From an uncultured delta proteobacterium (GTDB lineage: Bacteria > Myxococcota_A > UBA9160 > SZUA-336): a DNA stretch of 64,000 nucleotides. Shown here piece after piece: positions 1 through 11,200 of this stretch. Position 1 is the first letter of the stretch. Every line of letters begins with the position of its first letter. The stretch is taken from NCBI GenBank assembly GCA_963704165.1, contig CAVPHD010000002.1:32001-96000 (forward strand). The letters run 5' to 3'. The notes under the pieces are model-generated. The model was not told the DNA's origin and did no database searches. It saw only the letters and a list, made by a program, of their open reading frames with translations. The translations under genes were made by a program, and so were the position numbers.

Positions 1-1
1 C

Positions 2-340
2 GGGTTCATCTTCGCGGCGCCCGTCGCGCTCGCGCTCGGAGCGGGCTTCGCGCTGGCGCGGAAGCAGGGAAAGCTGCCCGGTCCGACGCTGCGCACGACC
101 TACGCGCTCGAGTACGGCGACGCCGAGATCGAGGTCCAGCGCGACGCGATCGCTCCCGGGCAACGCGTGCTGCTGATCGACGACGTGATCGCCACGGGCG
201 GCACGGCCGCCGCCACGGCCCGGCTCGTGCGTGAGCTCGGTGGTGTCGTCGTCGGAGCGTGTTTCCTGATCGAGCTCGGGTTTCTCGACGGCCGAAAGGC
301 GCTCGAGGGGATTCCCGTAGAGGCACTCCTCCACTTCTGA
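2..340 (+). CDS. apt: Adenine phosphoribosyltransferase, 5'-truncated by the window edge
   Basis: Manual translation from base 2: GFIFAAPVA...RKQGKLPG...YALEYG...VLLIDDVIATGGT...FLIELGFLDGR. PRPP-binding motif and APRT signatures; TGA at 338-340. Confidence 0.93.
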   Translation, partial: GFIFAAPVALALGAGFALARKQGKLPGPTLRTTYALEYGDAEIEVQRDAIAPGQRVLLIDDVIATGGTAAATARLVRELGGVVVGACFLIELGFLDGRKALEGIPVEALLHF

Positions 341-441
341 GCGGATGCGGCACGCTCGCGCGCGAAGTTGCGCGCCCACGCGTGCGCAGCGACCCGGCGG
401 CCTACATCGGCGTACCCGATTCGCCGAAGTTGCGAGGAGGA

Positions 442-2244
442 ATGGTCACCGGCGCACGAGTCTTGCTCATCCATGACGCGCGTGACAGCGCGCGTGAGCT
501 CTCCCGTGCGCTGCGCGATTCGGGGCTCGACGTGCAGGATTCGGCCTGGCCGGACGGGGCGGCGGCGAGCGCGCTCGAGATCGTTCCCGAGATCGTGCTT
601 CTCTGCATCGAGCCCGGCGCGGGCGGCGGTGCCGCGCGCTGCGCGCGACTGCGCGCCGAACCGGCGCTCGACGGCGTGCCGCTCGTGGTCGTCGCGACGG
701 CAGAGGAACAGGACGAGCTCGCGCGTTGTCTGGAGCTCGGTGCGAACGATGCGTTGATCGTGCCCGTGCATGGGCGGATCGCGGTCGCGCGCGTGCAAGC
801 CTTGCTCGAGGCGCGCCAGTCGCGATTGGCGCAGGTCGAGCTCACGCGCATGATCGAGCGCGGCAAGCAGGCCTTCGGCCGGAGCGTCGAGGCGCTTCAG
901 CGTTCCGCCGAGGCCGCGGCGGATTCCGAGCGCCGCAAGCTCTACCTCGAGACCCACGACGCCCTCACCGGACTCGCGAATCGCGGCTACTTCCGCGAGT
1001 CGGTTCGCCGCACGCTCGGCTACGCGCGGCGCTACGGACAGAAGCTCGCCGTCCTCTCGATCAACCTCGACCATTTCGAACGCGTGAACGAGAACCTGGG
1101 GCACGAGGTCGGCGACCGACTCCTCGAGTCGGTCGCGGAACGCGTGCGCGCGTGTGTGCGCGGCAGCGACATCGTGGCTCGGCTCGGCGCCGACGACTTC
1201 GCGGTCCTGCTGACGAGCTTGTCGAGTTGCGAGGGTGCCACGGTGGTCGCGCGGAAGATCCAGGAGAACATCGCGCGACCGCACGAAGGACCGATCGGCG
1301 AGATCTACGTCACTCCGAGCATCGGCGTCGCGATCTTCCCCGACGATGGGGACACCCCGGACGCCGTGCTGCGCAGCGCCGACGTCGCGCTGCACAGGGC
1401 GAAGGAACAGGGCCGCGGCCAGTTCCAGTTCTACTCCCCGGAGATGAAGGCGGGGTCGCTCGAAGGCATGCGGCTCGAGGTGCTGCTCCGCGATGCGCTC
1501 GATCGGCGCGAGTTCGTCCTCTACTACCAACCGCAGGTCGACGTCGCGAAGCGCGTCCTGATCGGTTGCGAGGCGCTGGTGCGCTGGATCCATCCCGAGC
1601 ACGGCATGATCTCGCCCGCCGATTTCATCCCGATCGCCGAGAACAACGGATTGATCGTGTCGATCGGCGAGTGGGTCATGCGAGAAGCCTGCGCGCAGAA
1701 GCTTCGCTGGGAACGGGCCGGTCTCGGCGGCTTTCCCGTGGCCGTGAACGTCTCGCGCCGGCAGTTCCGCGGCCTCGAGTTCGAAGGTCAGGTCGCTTCG
1801 GTACTGCGCGAAACCGGCCTCGCTCCTCACCACCTCGAAATCGAGATCACCGAGAACGCGCTCGTCGACGACGTGAAGCAGACGCTGGGCTCGCTTCGAT
1901 CGCTGCGCCGAATGGGCATCGGGCTCTCGATCGACGATTTCGGCACCGGTTACTCGAGCCTGTCGGCGCTCGGTCAGTTCCCCGCGAATCGCCTCAAGAT
2001 CGATCAGTCCTTCGTGCGCGACATCGCGCGCGAGTCGAGGCGCGCGGCGATCACGCGCGCGGTGCTCGCGGTGGCAAGTGAGCTCGGACTCGACGTCGTC
2101 GCCGAGGGCGTCGAGACGATCGAGGAGCGCGACTTCCTGGCCGAGCTCGGCTGTGTCCAGATGCAGGGCTACCTGTTCGGACGGCCGGTTCCCGCCGAGG
2201 AGTTCGCCTCGATCTGGGCGGATGGTGGAGAGCTCCCGGAGTGA
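442..2244 (+). CDS. Pseudo-receiver/degenerate GGDEF/EAL protein, probable c-di-GMP phosphodiesterase
   Basis: GGAGG RBS before ATG 442. HDALTGLANR and RLGADDF (degenerate GGDEF); YQPQ, CEAL, EITE, DDFGTGYSS, KIDQSF, AEGVET, QGYLF (EAL). Confidence 0.9.
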   Translation: MVTGARVLLIHDARDSARELSRALRDSGLDVQDSAWPDGAAASALEIVPEIVLLCIEPGAGGGAARCARLRAEPALDGVPLVVVATAEEQDELARCLELGANDALIVPVHGRIAVARVQALLEARQSRLAQVELTRMIERGKQAFGRSVEALQRSAEAAADSERRKLYLETHDALTGLANRGYFRESVRRTLGYARRYGQKLAVLSINLDHFERVNENLGHEVGDRLLESVAERVRACVRGSDIVARLGADDFAVLLTSLSSCEGATVVARKIQENIARPHEGPIGEIYVTPSIGVAIFPDDGDTPDAVLRSADVALHRAKEQGRGQFQFYSPEMKAGSLEGMRLEVLLRDALDRREFVLYYQPQVDVAKRVLIGCEALVRWIHPEHGMISPADFIPIAENNGLIVSIGEWVMREACAQKLRWERAGLGGFPVAVNVSRRQFRGLEFEGQVASVLRETGLAPHHLEIEITENALVDDVKQTLGSLRSLRRMGIGLSIDDFGTGYSSLSALGQFPANRLKIDQSFVRDIARESRRAAITRAVLAVASELGLDVVAEGVETIEERDFLAELGCVQMQGYLFGRPVPAEEFASIWADGGELPE

Positions 2245-2248
2245 TGGA

Positions 2249-3532
2249 TCAGTGCCCGGTCTCGCGGCGAAGCTCGTCGCGGTAGGCCGGCATGTCGATC
2301 ACGCAGCCCTCGGTCCGTGCACGCTCCGCCGCGAAGCCGAGCAGGTGACTCTCGAGCGCAACCCGGCCGCTCGCGCGCACGAGTTCGGGCGCATCGCGCA
2401 CGACGACCTCGCAGAAGTGGTCGAGCAGACCTTGATCGCCGCCCGAGTGCCCGAAGGCGGAGTCCTCGATGCGGATCTCCTCTCGCTCGAGCGAGCCGTG
2501 TCGCGAGACCTCGATCGCACCGGTCTGGAGCACGCCGCGCAGCTCACCGAGGCTGCCCGAGACGCGCACGGTTCGCCGCTCCTCCGACGCATTTCCGTGC
2601 ACGCCGAGCGTCGCCGTGAGGCCGTTCTCGAACTCGACGGCGACGACCTGGTGATCGACGACGTCGTTGTCGCAGCGGAAGACGCAGCGACCGTAGTCGC
2701 TCACCGCCAGAGCCGCCTCGCGCGCGGAGCGCGCGGGATCCGGGGACAGGTCGGTCCAGGGCCAGTGGCGCGCGAGTCGTTCGTCGGGCCCCAGATAGAA
2801 ACGTGCGGCGTCCCAGGGACAGGTGGCCTGGACGGGGCACGAAGCGCTGCAGCGCTCGGGTGCGTCCGGAGGCGCGAGCTCGCGTCGGTAGGTTCCGAGC
2901 GAGCCGAACGACGCGAGCCGGGTCGCGGGGGTCCCGGCGAGCCAGGCGAGCAGATCCAGATCGTGACAGCTCTTCGCGAGCAGAAACGGCGCGGCGAGTG
3001 CCCGGTTGCGGAACTTCCCGCGCACGTAGGAGTGCGCCATGTGCCAGTGGGCGACGTGCTCGCGCAGATCGATCATCGCGATCCGGCCGAGACGTCCGCT
3101 CGACACGATCTCGTGTACCTTCGCGTAGAACGCCGTGTAGCGGAGCACGTGGCCGATCTGCAGAATCCGCCCCGCGCGCTCGGCCGCCACCGTCACGCGC
3201 AGGCAGTCGGCGGCGTTCGGCGCGATCGGTTTCTCGAGGAGAAGGTGGTAGCCCGAAGCCAGGGTCGCGAGCGCGGGCTCGACGTGCTCGGTGTCGCCCG
3301 TCGCGATGATGGCGGCGTGAGCGTCCGGACGCGTCGGCAAGAGCTCGCGCCAGTCTGCGAACACGCGCTCGGGTGTGAGTGCGTGCTCCGTCGCCGTCGC
3401 GCGTCGTCGATCCTCGTGCGGCTCGGCGAGCGCGACGATCCGCATTCGCTCGGGGTGGCGGCGCGCGTAGGCACCGAAGACCGCGCGGCCGCGATTTCCC
3501 GCTCCGATCAGGATGACATCGATCCGGCTCAC
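2249..3532 (-). CDS. Gfo/Idh/MocA family oxidoreductase
   Basis: IGAGNRG Rossmann motif, LLEKP, GHVLRY, HSYVRG, LAKSCHDLD. GTG start overlaps the upstream stop (GTGA). Confidence 0.88.
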   Translation of the reverse strand: MSRIDVILIGAGNRGRAVFGAYARRHPERMRIVALAEPHEDRRRATATEHALTPERVFADWRELLPTRPDAHAAIIATGDTEHVEPALATLASGYHLLLEKPIAPNAADCLRVTVAAERAGRILQIGHVLRYTAFYAKVHEIVSSGRLGRIAMIDLREHVAHWHMAHSYVRGKFRNRALAAPFLLAKSCHDLDLLAWLAGTPATRLASFGSLGTYRRELAPPDAPERCSASCPVQATCPWDAARFYLGPDERLARHWPWTDLSPDPARSAREAALAVSDYGRCVFRCDNDVVDHQVVAVEFENGLTATLGVHGNASEERRTVRVSGSLGELRGVLQTGAIEVSRHGSLEREEIRIEDSAFGHSGGDQGLLDHFCEVVVRDAPELVRASGRVALESHLLGFAAERARTEGCVIDMPAYRDELRRETGH

Positions 3533-4152
3533 GTGCGGACCGTCGAGGCGAGCACGAGCTGCGCGACGAAGTAGAGCGGCAATCCCCAGGCGCGATTTGC
3601 AAAGCCGCTCGAGACGAAGCGGTCGCGCGCCACGGCGAGATCCGAGACGTAGAACATGGCGGCACCAACCAGGATCCACGCGGAGGAGGGCGAGGCGCCC
3701 GCGGCCGCGACCAGCATGGCCGAGATCACGAGCAGATAGGCGCGGACCGAGATCGTCATGTCGGCCGGAACGTGGGGCCGGAGCCAGGGCACGACGATCG
3801 CGAGCGCGGCCGTCGCGACGCCAGCGCAGATCGCGGCCCGGCCCGTGGACTCGAAGCGCAGGGCGAACGCGATGAGATAGGCGACGTGTCCGAGTCCGAA
3901 CGCGGCGACGCCCGCTTGGAACACCCGCGGCCGGCCGCGCGGAATCAGCAGCACGTCCCCGCAGAGCGAGAGAACCAGACCCGCGAGCACCACCCGCCCG
4001 TAGCTCGAGTCGAGCGCGCCGAAGGAAACCGCGGCGGTGACGAAGCAGACGGCGGCCGCTGGCTTGGCGAGCCAGACTCCGAGACGCGAAGCGCGGTACT
4101 CTGCGACGAGCAGAGCCGTGACGAGGGCGGCCATCGCGAAACCGAAGAACAC
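3529..4152 (-). CDS. YhhN/lysoplasmalogenase-family membrane protein
   Basis: Multi-pass hydrophobic protein with [25 protein letters not shown] and YFVAQ motifs. Confidence 0.85.
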   Translation of the reverse strand: MFFGFAMAALVTALLVAEYRASRLGVWLAKPAAAVCFVTAAVSFGALDSSYGRVVLAGLVLSLCGDVLLIPRGRPRVFQAGVAAFGLGHVAYLIAFALRFESTGRAAICAGVATAALAIVVPWLRPHVPADMTISVRAYLLVISAMLVAAAGASPSSAWILVGAAMFYVSDLAVARDRFVSSGFANRAWGLPLYFVAQLVLASTVRT

Positions 4153-4178
4153 CGCCGCACTCTAGCGCAGGAGCCCGC

Positions 4179-4847
4179 GTGATCGATCTGTACACCGCAG
4201 CGACGCCGAACGGCTGGAAGGTGTCGATCGCGCTCGAGGAGCTCGGCCTCCCGTACCAGGTGCATCCGATCCGGCTCGAGAAGCTCGAGCAGAAGGAGCC
4301 GTGGTTCCTGGCGCTGAATCCCAACGGCCGAATTCCAGCGATCGTCGATCGCGCGAACTCCGACTTCGCCGTCTTCGAGTCCGGCGCGATCCTGATGTAT
4401 CTGGCCGAGAAGGCCGGACGGCTTCTTCCCGACGAGCCGAAGGCCCGCTCGGTCGCGGTCCAGTGGCTGATGTTTCAGATGGGTGGCCTCGGGCCGATGC
4501 AGGGCCAGGCCAATGTCTTCTTTCGATACGCACCCGAGAAGATCCAGTACGCGATCGATCGCTATCAGAACGAGACCAGGCGGCTGTACACGGTACTCGA
4601 CGCGCGTCTGCGCGAGAACGAGTACCTCGCCGGTGAGTACTCCATCGCCGACATCGCCACCTGGCCGTGGGTCTCGATTCACGCCTGGGCGGGGATCGAG
4701 ATCTCCGACCTGCCGAGTCTCACGCGCTGGCTCGAAGTCGTCGGGAAACGCCCCGCCGTGCAGAAGGGGCGGGCCGTCCCGACCCCTCTGGATCCGGACG
4801 CCCGTGCCGAGGACGTGAAGAAGGCCGGCGCGAAGATGCTCGTCTGA
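4179..4847 (+). CDS. Glutathione S-transferase (YfcG/YghU-like)
   Basis: [53 protein letters not shown]. Confidence 0.92.
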   Translation: MIDLYTAATPNGWKVSIALEELGLPYQVHPIRLEKLEQKEPWFLALNPNGRIPAIVDRANSDFAVFESGAILMYLAEKAGRLLPDEPKARSVAVQWLMFQMGGLGPMQGQANVFFRYAPEKIQYAIDRYQNETRRLYTVLDARLRENEYLAGEYSIADIATWPWVSIHAWAGIEISDLPSLTRWLEVVGKRPAVQKGRAVPTPLDPDARAEDVKKAGAKMLV

Positions 4848-4993
4848 GCCCGACGCCGCGCGTCGCGTGAACCTGCACCCGGCCTGCGCGGATCCTGCGC
4901 ATCGCTTGCCCCTTGGGCGGCCGCCGCTCAATTTGACGCCGCATCGCGTCGAGAAGGAGGTCAGCGCTCCCCTACGCGCACGGAGACTCCCTC

Positions 4994-5896
4994 ATGCCGC
5001 GACGCCTGCTCGCGCTCCTCGCGAGCATCGCGCTGCTTCCCGCGTGCGCGAACCACGTGCGCTACACGAGCGACGCCTTCCGGACGTCGGCGCGCGATGT
5101 CGTGAACTCCGAACTCGTCGTCGATGCGAACGGTCCGGTGCTCGCGACCCCCGAGGTCGAGCTCCTGCTTCTCGCGGACGAGACCGCGATCGTTCGCAAG
5201 CTCCGCACGCGCATCCGCCTCGAGGAGTACACGCCGTACAAGTCGGGCTACGAGTTCTGGGAGGTACCGGCGGGAACCGTCTGCCTGCCGGTCCTGCTCG
5301 TGCTGCGCGTCGTCGATCTGGTCGGCTTCGGCTTCCTGCCCGATGCCAGTCTCGATGGCTTCGCGAGCTTCACCTTCACCGCGATGAATCCGCTGCTCAA
5401 CCTGGAGTCCGAATCGCGCGTGCGTCGAAACGAGGTCTCGCGCGAGACGGAGGAGCTCGACCGCGAGGTGCATCGCGAGCTTCGTCCGGTCGTCGGAGGG
5501 CGGGCCGCGCTCTCGCTCGACGCGACCGCGTCGCAGATCCGGACGAGCGATGCGCGTGGACGCGTGCGCTTTGGTCTGCTCGAGCTCGTGCCCGACCAGC
5601 TGCCCGGCCGCCCCCGCGTCTTGCGCGTCTCGGTCGACGGGGACGGCGAGCGCAAACGCGAGACGATCGAGCTTCCGCTGTCCCACTCGCTCTCGTCCCG
5701 ACTCGTGCAGGCCCTGGAGATCCGCCGCCGAGCCAGGACTCCGGGCGCGACGCCGGAGTCGATCGGGCGGACACTCGCCGAGCTCGATGGCCTCGGCTTT
5801 TCGGCCAGTGCACTGGCGCTCGAGACGGAGCTTCGCACGCGGGAGCGCGCGAACTCGGCCTGGCTGCTGCGCCTGGATGCGGCGCTGCAACACTGA
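4994..5896 (+). CDS. Hypothetical lipoprotein
   Basis: GGAG RBS; signal peptide ending LLPAC; host-like codon use. Confidence 0.7.
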   Translation: MPRRLLALLASIALLPACANHVRYTSDAFRTSARDVVNSELVVDANGPVLATPEVELLLLADETAIVRKLRTRIRLEEYTPYKSGYEFWEVPAGTVCLPVLLVLRVVDLVGFGFLPDASLDGFASFTFTAMNPLLNLESESRVRRNEVSRETEELDREVHRELRPVVGGRAALSLDATASQIRTSDARGRVRFGLLELVPDQLPGRPRVLRVSVDGDGERKRETIELPLSHSLSSRLVQALEIRRRARTPGATPESIGRTLAELDGLGFSASALALETELRTRERANSAWLLRLDAALQH

Positions 5897-5976
5897 GGTG
5901 GCTCGGCCGTCCAGCGTGTATGATTCCCGGGTGATCGACGCGATCCGCACCCGCTTCGCGTTCGCGATCTAGCGCG

Positions 5977-6273
5977 ATGCCGAGCTTCTCGAGCTGCCGT
6001 GTCGTCGTCACCTGCGACGACGGCCGACCGGAACACGAAGACCTGACCGCCTCGGTGCGGATCGACGACGAGTTCCTCGTCGTGAACTACTGGGACGAGG
6101 ACGGACCGGTCGTCTACGTTGCGGAGCGACCGCGCGGGAACGTGTTCGAGCTCTCGTGCCGCAGCCGGCCGCGAAGCGCACGGCTCGAGATGTCCGATGC
6201 GGGCGATCGGTTGTCCGGATGGTGGCGAGAAGGCGACCTCGGCGGCACGCTCGTGGTAGAGATACGGCCATGA
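5977..6273 (+). CDS. Hypothetical protein
   Basis: 98-aa ORF with protein-like composition; ATGA overlap with the next gene. Confidence 0.6.
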   Translation: MPSFSSCRVVVTCDDGRPEHEDLTASVRIDDEFLVVNYWDEDGPVVYVAERPRGNVFELSCRSRPRSARLEMSDAGDRLSGWWREGDLGGTLVVEIRP

Positions 6274-6971
6274 CTCCCGCGATTTTCGGCTGGCTCTGCT
6301 TCGCGCTCGCGGTGGCGGGCGCGGTGTTTCTGTTTCAGCGCATGCGTGCCAGCGAAGCGTCGCGTGAGGATCTTCGGGGCGAGCTCGAAACTTCGGGAAC
6401 CGAGCTCGATGCGGTTCGGAAGCGCCTCGAACAGGCGCGTGGCGAATTCCGGGCGCGCGGCGAAGAGATCGCCGAGCTGCGGAAGAAGCACGAGAAGCTG
6501 AAGAAGCGCGCCGGGGAATCGCTCGAGGAGGAGAGGGCGCTGCCCGCGCGGGTCCGCGCGCTCGAAGCGGAGCTCCTCGCCGAACGAAACGACGCCCGCG
6601 CGGCGCGCGACGAGATCGTCCGCCTCCATGCGGACGTAGAGCGGGCGAGTGCCGACCTGGCTCGCGAGCGTGCGCGTGCCGCCGAGCTCGTGCCCCCGAC
6701 GAAGAGCGACGAGCTCGACGGGCTGAAGGCTCGCGCGGCGGAGCAAGAGGCGAAGCTCACGCAGCAGCGGGCGGAGCTCGAGAACGCGCGACGCGACGTC
6801 TCGAAATTCAAAGGCCGCTGGGAGACGCTCGACAAGGCCTACGTCATCCTGCGCGGCGAGCTCGAGCTGAAGAAGGACGAAGTGCGCGCCCAGCGTGTGG
6901 AGCTCGAGCGACTTCGCACTCTCGAAGTCATCCTGACCGCGCCCGACGCGGAGGCGAAGCCGACCCGCTAG
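6270..6971 (+). CDS. Membrane-anchored coiled-coil protein
   Basis: N-terminal TM helix (IFGWLCFALAVAGAVFLF) followed by an E/R/A/L-rich heptad-like region. Confidence 0.75.
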   Translation: MTPAIFGWLCFALAVAGAVFLFQRMRASEASREDLRGELETSGTELDAVRKRLEQARGEFRARGEEIAELRKKHEKLKKRAGESLEEERALPARVRALEAELLAERNDARAARDEIVRLHADVERASADLARERARAAELVPPTKSDELDGLKARAAEQEAKLTQQRAELENARRDVSKFKGRWETLDKAYVILRGELELKKDEVRAQRVELERLRTLEVILTAPDAEAKPTR

Positions 6972-8269
6972 CTCTTCTGCTCGATCCGTCGCTGCAAGCG
7001 CCGGAAGCCGATCGCGGAGAGCGCCGACATCACGGCCGCCATTCCCATGAGCAGGTGTCCGAATCCGGACCAGGCCGGGAGCGTGAGCTCCGTCCCCGGG
7101 ATCGAACGTGCCGACCAGCCGAGATACAGCGCCATTCCCATGAACGGCGCGAAGGCACCGCGAATTCCGGTCAGCGTGACGTGCACGCCCATGTACGAGC
7201 CCGCGCGCGCGCTTGGCGCGAAGTCGTTGTGGCCGATGTTCCAGGCGAGTCCGCCACCACTGCGCGCCGCTCCCATCACGACGCGCGCGAGCGCAATCGT
7301 TCCGAGCGACGGCAGCGCCGCGCCCACCCAGAGCAGGATCTGCGAGATCGCAAACGTCCACGAGTGCATGGCGCGGAACGCGGAGACGTGCACCCGGTCG
7401 AGATAGGCCGCCCAGAAGGGAATCGTCAGTACCGAGAGCGAGAACGGAATCACCATCGTGATGCCGATCGCGGTGGAGTAGCTGGCGCCCATCTCGCGAG
7501 ACACCAGATAGAGCAGCGGCGCCTCGATCATCATGTTCGAAATGCCGAGCACCATCTGCCAGGCGAGGAAGCGCAGATAGAGGCGATCGTCGCGCAGGAT
7601 CGAGAAGCCGCTCGGGATTCCGGCGGGGCTACTCGCGCTGAGTCGCTCCTGTGTCAGGTGCTCGTCTTCGCCCGTGAGCGGAACACGCGAGAAGGCAAAC
7701 GCGCCGGCGGCCGCCGCGAGCGATCCGGCCGCGTAGACGTAGCGGAAGTTCTCGGGACTCTGGTCCAGGACTTGGGATCCGAGCCAGGCCGTGCCGGCCG
7801 TGCAGAGCGTCGAGATCACGTGAAGCCGGGCGGTCACGCGCCCACGACCGACGCGCGGGTAATTCAACGTCCAGACGATGCTGCGCATCGTCACGATCCC
7901 GCCGAGCATCAGCCGCGCCGCGATGAGCGCGCTGACGAGCACTCCCGCTCCAACCTCTCCTTCGGGCACCAGCGCGACGAGCGCGACGCAGCCGGCGAAC
8001 GAAGCCATGAGCGCGGTCGTGAACGGAACCCTCCGCCGGCCGTGCGCCAGACGAGCCCAGAACGAACTCGAGAGATTCCCGAACATCGGTGCCGCGGTCA
8101 CGAGCGCGAGCACCGCGGGGTGAACGTGAAAGAGCTTGTCCGCGATCACGCCGATGAAGCCGCCCTCCATCAGGGCCGGGCCGACGGTGAAGCACGCGTC
8201 GGTCAAGCGCTCGCGGCGATAGCCGGAGAGCGCCAGCGCTCCCAGTTCCGGTCGCCGCAGTACGTTCAA
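6968..8269 (-). CDS. MFS-like transporter
   Basis: 433 aa with many hydrophobic segments; lies 3 bp after the RND permease stop. Confidence 0.75.
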   Translation of the reverse strand: MNVLRRPELGALALSGYRRERLTDACFTVGPALMEGGFIGVIADKLFHVHPAVLALVTAAPMFGNLSSSFWARLAHGRRRVPFTTALMASFAGCVALVALVPEGEVGAGVLVSALIAARLMLGGIVTMRSIVWTLNYPRVGRGRVTARLHVISTLCTAGTAWLGSQVLDQSPENFRYVYAAGSLAAAAGAFAFSRVPLTGEDEHLTQERLSASSPAGIPSGFSILRDDRLYLRFLAWQMVLGISNMMIEAPLLYLVSREMGASYSTAIGITMVIPFSLSVLTIPFWAAYLDRVHVSAFRAMHSWTFAISQILLWVGAALPSLGTIALARVVMGAARSGGGLAWNIGHNDFAPSARAGSYMGVHVTLTGIRGAFAPFMGMALYLGWSARSIPGTELTLPAWSGFGHLLMGMAAVMSALSAIGFRRLQRRIEQKS

Positions 8270-8272
8270 GGC

Positions 8273-11200
8273 TCAGGGCGCTTGCACGATCGGGGCAGAC
8301 GCCGGCTTCTCGCGGCGTAGCTTTCCGCGCACCCACTCCAGCGCGTCGTCGAGCGTGACGTAGAAGACGGGCACGACGAGCAGCGTGAGCAGCATCGAGG
8401 AGAACATCCCGGCTCCGGTCGCGACTGCCATCGGGCCGCGGGTTTCCGAGCCCGGACCGAATCCGATCGCCGCCGGAAGCACGCCGAAGATCATCGAGAT
8501 GGCCGTCATCAGTACCGGGCGCATGCGCACGGGAGCGGCGGCTCGCATCGCTTCGAGCTTGTCCATTCCCTCGCTGCGCAGCTCGTTCGCGTAGTCGACG
8601 AGCAGGATCGAGTTCTTGGTGACCAGACCCATCAAGAGGATGATCCCGATCACGCTGAAGAGATTGATCGTCATGCCCATCACCCACAAGCCGCCGAGCG
8701 CGCCGACCATTGCGAGCGGGAGCGCGAGCATCACGGTGAGCGGGTGAACGAGGCTCTCGAACTGCGCCGCGAGCACCATGTAGATGATCAGGATCGCGAG
8801 TCCGATCGCGAGTCCGAACTCCTGCAGGCTCTCGAGAAACGCCTCGGCACTGCCCCCGAATCGAAGGGTCGCGCCCTCGGGGAGAAGCTCGGTGCCGATC
8901 TGATTCACGATCGAGATGGCCGTGCCTGCGGGCAGCCCTTCGAGATTCGCCGACACGACCACGCTTCGCTGGCGCTGATCGCGGCTGATCGTCGACGGCG
9001 CGGCACCGGTCTCGACGCGGGCGATGTTGCGGAGCTCGACGACGCCGCCGTCCTTGGTCCGCACGAAGAGCTCGCCGATCGCTTCGGGATCGGAGCGGAA
9101 GGCCTCTTCGAGTCGCACGCGCACGTCGTACCGGTGCCCTCCCGACTTGAACTTCGCGATGTCGAGACCGCCGATTCCCGCCTGCACGATCTGCGAGAGC
9201 GTGCGTGCATCGACGCCGAGCGCTGCGCACTTCTCGCGGTCGGGAATGACGCGGACCTCGGGCAGGCCGACCTTCAGGGATTTCGAGACGTCGACGAAGC
9301 CCGGGTATTCGCGGAGCCTCGCCATGAACTGGCTGGAGAGCTTGTCGAGTTCCCCGATCTCGAGATTTCCGCGGATCGCGAACTCGAGCTCCCCGCGGCC
9401 GCCGCCGGTCATCATCGACGACATGTCGAAGACGCGTATGTCCACGCCGGGAATCGTGCTCAGCGACTCGCGCGCTTCCCGCATCAGCTGCATCGCGTCC
9501 CTCTTGCGCTCGCTCCTCGGGTGCAGGATCGCGACCATCACGCCATTGGTGACGTTCCCCGGTCCGTCCGGGCCCGACACGCCTACGCCCGCGAAGAGCC
9601 CGCGGATCTCGGGCTGCGCGAGCATCCACTGCTCGGCTTGCTTGACGCGCTCGAGCGTGCCCTCGAGCGACGTGCCTGGGGGTGTCTCCATCATCACGAA
9701 GAGCCGGCCCTCGTCGGAAGGCGGGAAGAATTCGGCGCCGAGACGCGAGCCGAGTGCGAGCGCGGCGATGAAGGAGGCGAGCGCGATGCCCAGGACCGCC
9801 GCGCGATGGACGAGCGCCCAGTTCAAGACGCGCTTGTAGGTCGTCTCGAGCCAGGTGAATGCGATCTCGAGGCGGTGGTAGAAGCCGCCGTGCGAGTGGA
9901 CGGCGGGTGGGGGCATCCGCGCCGCGAGCATCGGAATCAGCGTCAACGCGACGAAGAGCGAGAAGATGACCGACGCTGCGACGGTGAGCCCGAACTCCTT
10001 CAGGAACAAGCCGACGATTCCGCGCACGAAGGCGACGGGAAGGAACACGACCGCGATCGAAAGCGTCGCGGCGGTCGCGGCGAACGCGATCTGGCTGACG
10101 CCCTTCGAAGCGGCCTCGTAGGGGGATTCCCCGAGTTCGCGTCGTCTCTCGATGTTCTCGAGCACGATGATCGCGTCGTCGATCACGACGCCGACGGCCA
10201 GGGCGAGCGCGAGCAACGTCATCGTGTTGATCGTGAATCCGAGGATCCACATCGCGCCGAAGGCCGTGATCAGCGAGAGAGGGATCGACGTGCCGATCAC
10301 GAGCGTCGGCCGGACCCGGCGGAGGAAGACGAGAACCGTGAGCGTCGCGAGGAACGCACCGAAGACGAGCGCAAACTGCGTCTCGGCGACCGATTCGCGG
10401 ATCGCCACCGAGAAGTCGATCACCGAGTCGCGGTCCGGGAACGTCATGCCTTCGGGCAGGTAGGGACGGAGCTCGTCGACGCGATCGTGGGTGGCCGTCG
10501 CGATCTGCACCGTGTTCGCGCGAGACTGCTTCAGGATGCCGATTCCGGCGCCGGTGCCGCCGTTGAAGCGGGCGAGGAATCTCGGATCCTCGGCGCCGTC
10601 TTCGACCCGGGCCACGTCGCGGAGCCGGATGGTCGTTCCCGCGACGTTGGCGACCACGAGGCCCGCGAGCTCTTCCACCGTCTGGAACTCGGCTTCGGTC
10701 TTGAGAGAATACTCGAGCGTGTGGCCTTCGACGCGGCCACCGGGAACCTCGATGTGTTCCCGCTGCACGGCCTGGATGACGTCCATCATCGACAGACCGC
10801 GGGCGCGAAGCGCCTCGCCGTCGATCCAGATCCGGATCGCGCGTTCGCGCTTGCCGAAGAGCTCGGTCGAGGCGACGCCGTTGATCGTCTCGAGGTAGGG
10901 CTTCACCGTGAACTTCAGGTAGTCGGTGACCTCGACCTGCGAGCGATCGGAGTTGATCGGCAGCCAGACGATCGGCCGGCTCGACATGTTGAGCTTGTCG
11001 ACGATCGGCGGCTCGAGCTCGGCGGGAAGCTCGCGCCGCGCACGCGCGACCTTGTCGCGGACGTCCTGAGCGGCCTGGTCGATGTCGCGTTCGAGCTCGA
11101 ACTCGGCCGTGATCATCGTGACGCCGTGGAAGGTCGTCGACTTCAGAGATCTCAGGCCGCCGATCGTGTTCAGGTGCTCTTCGAGCACCTCCGTGACGTC

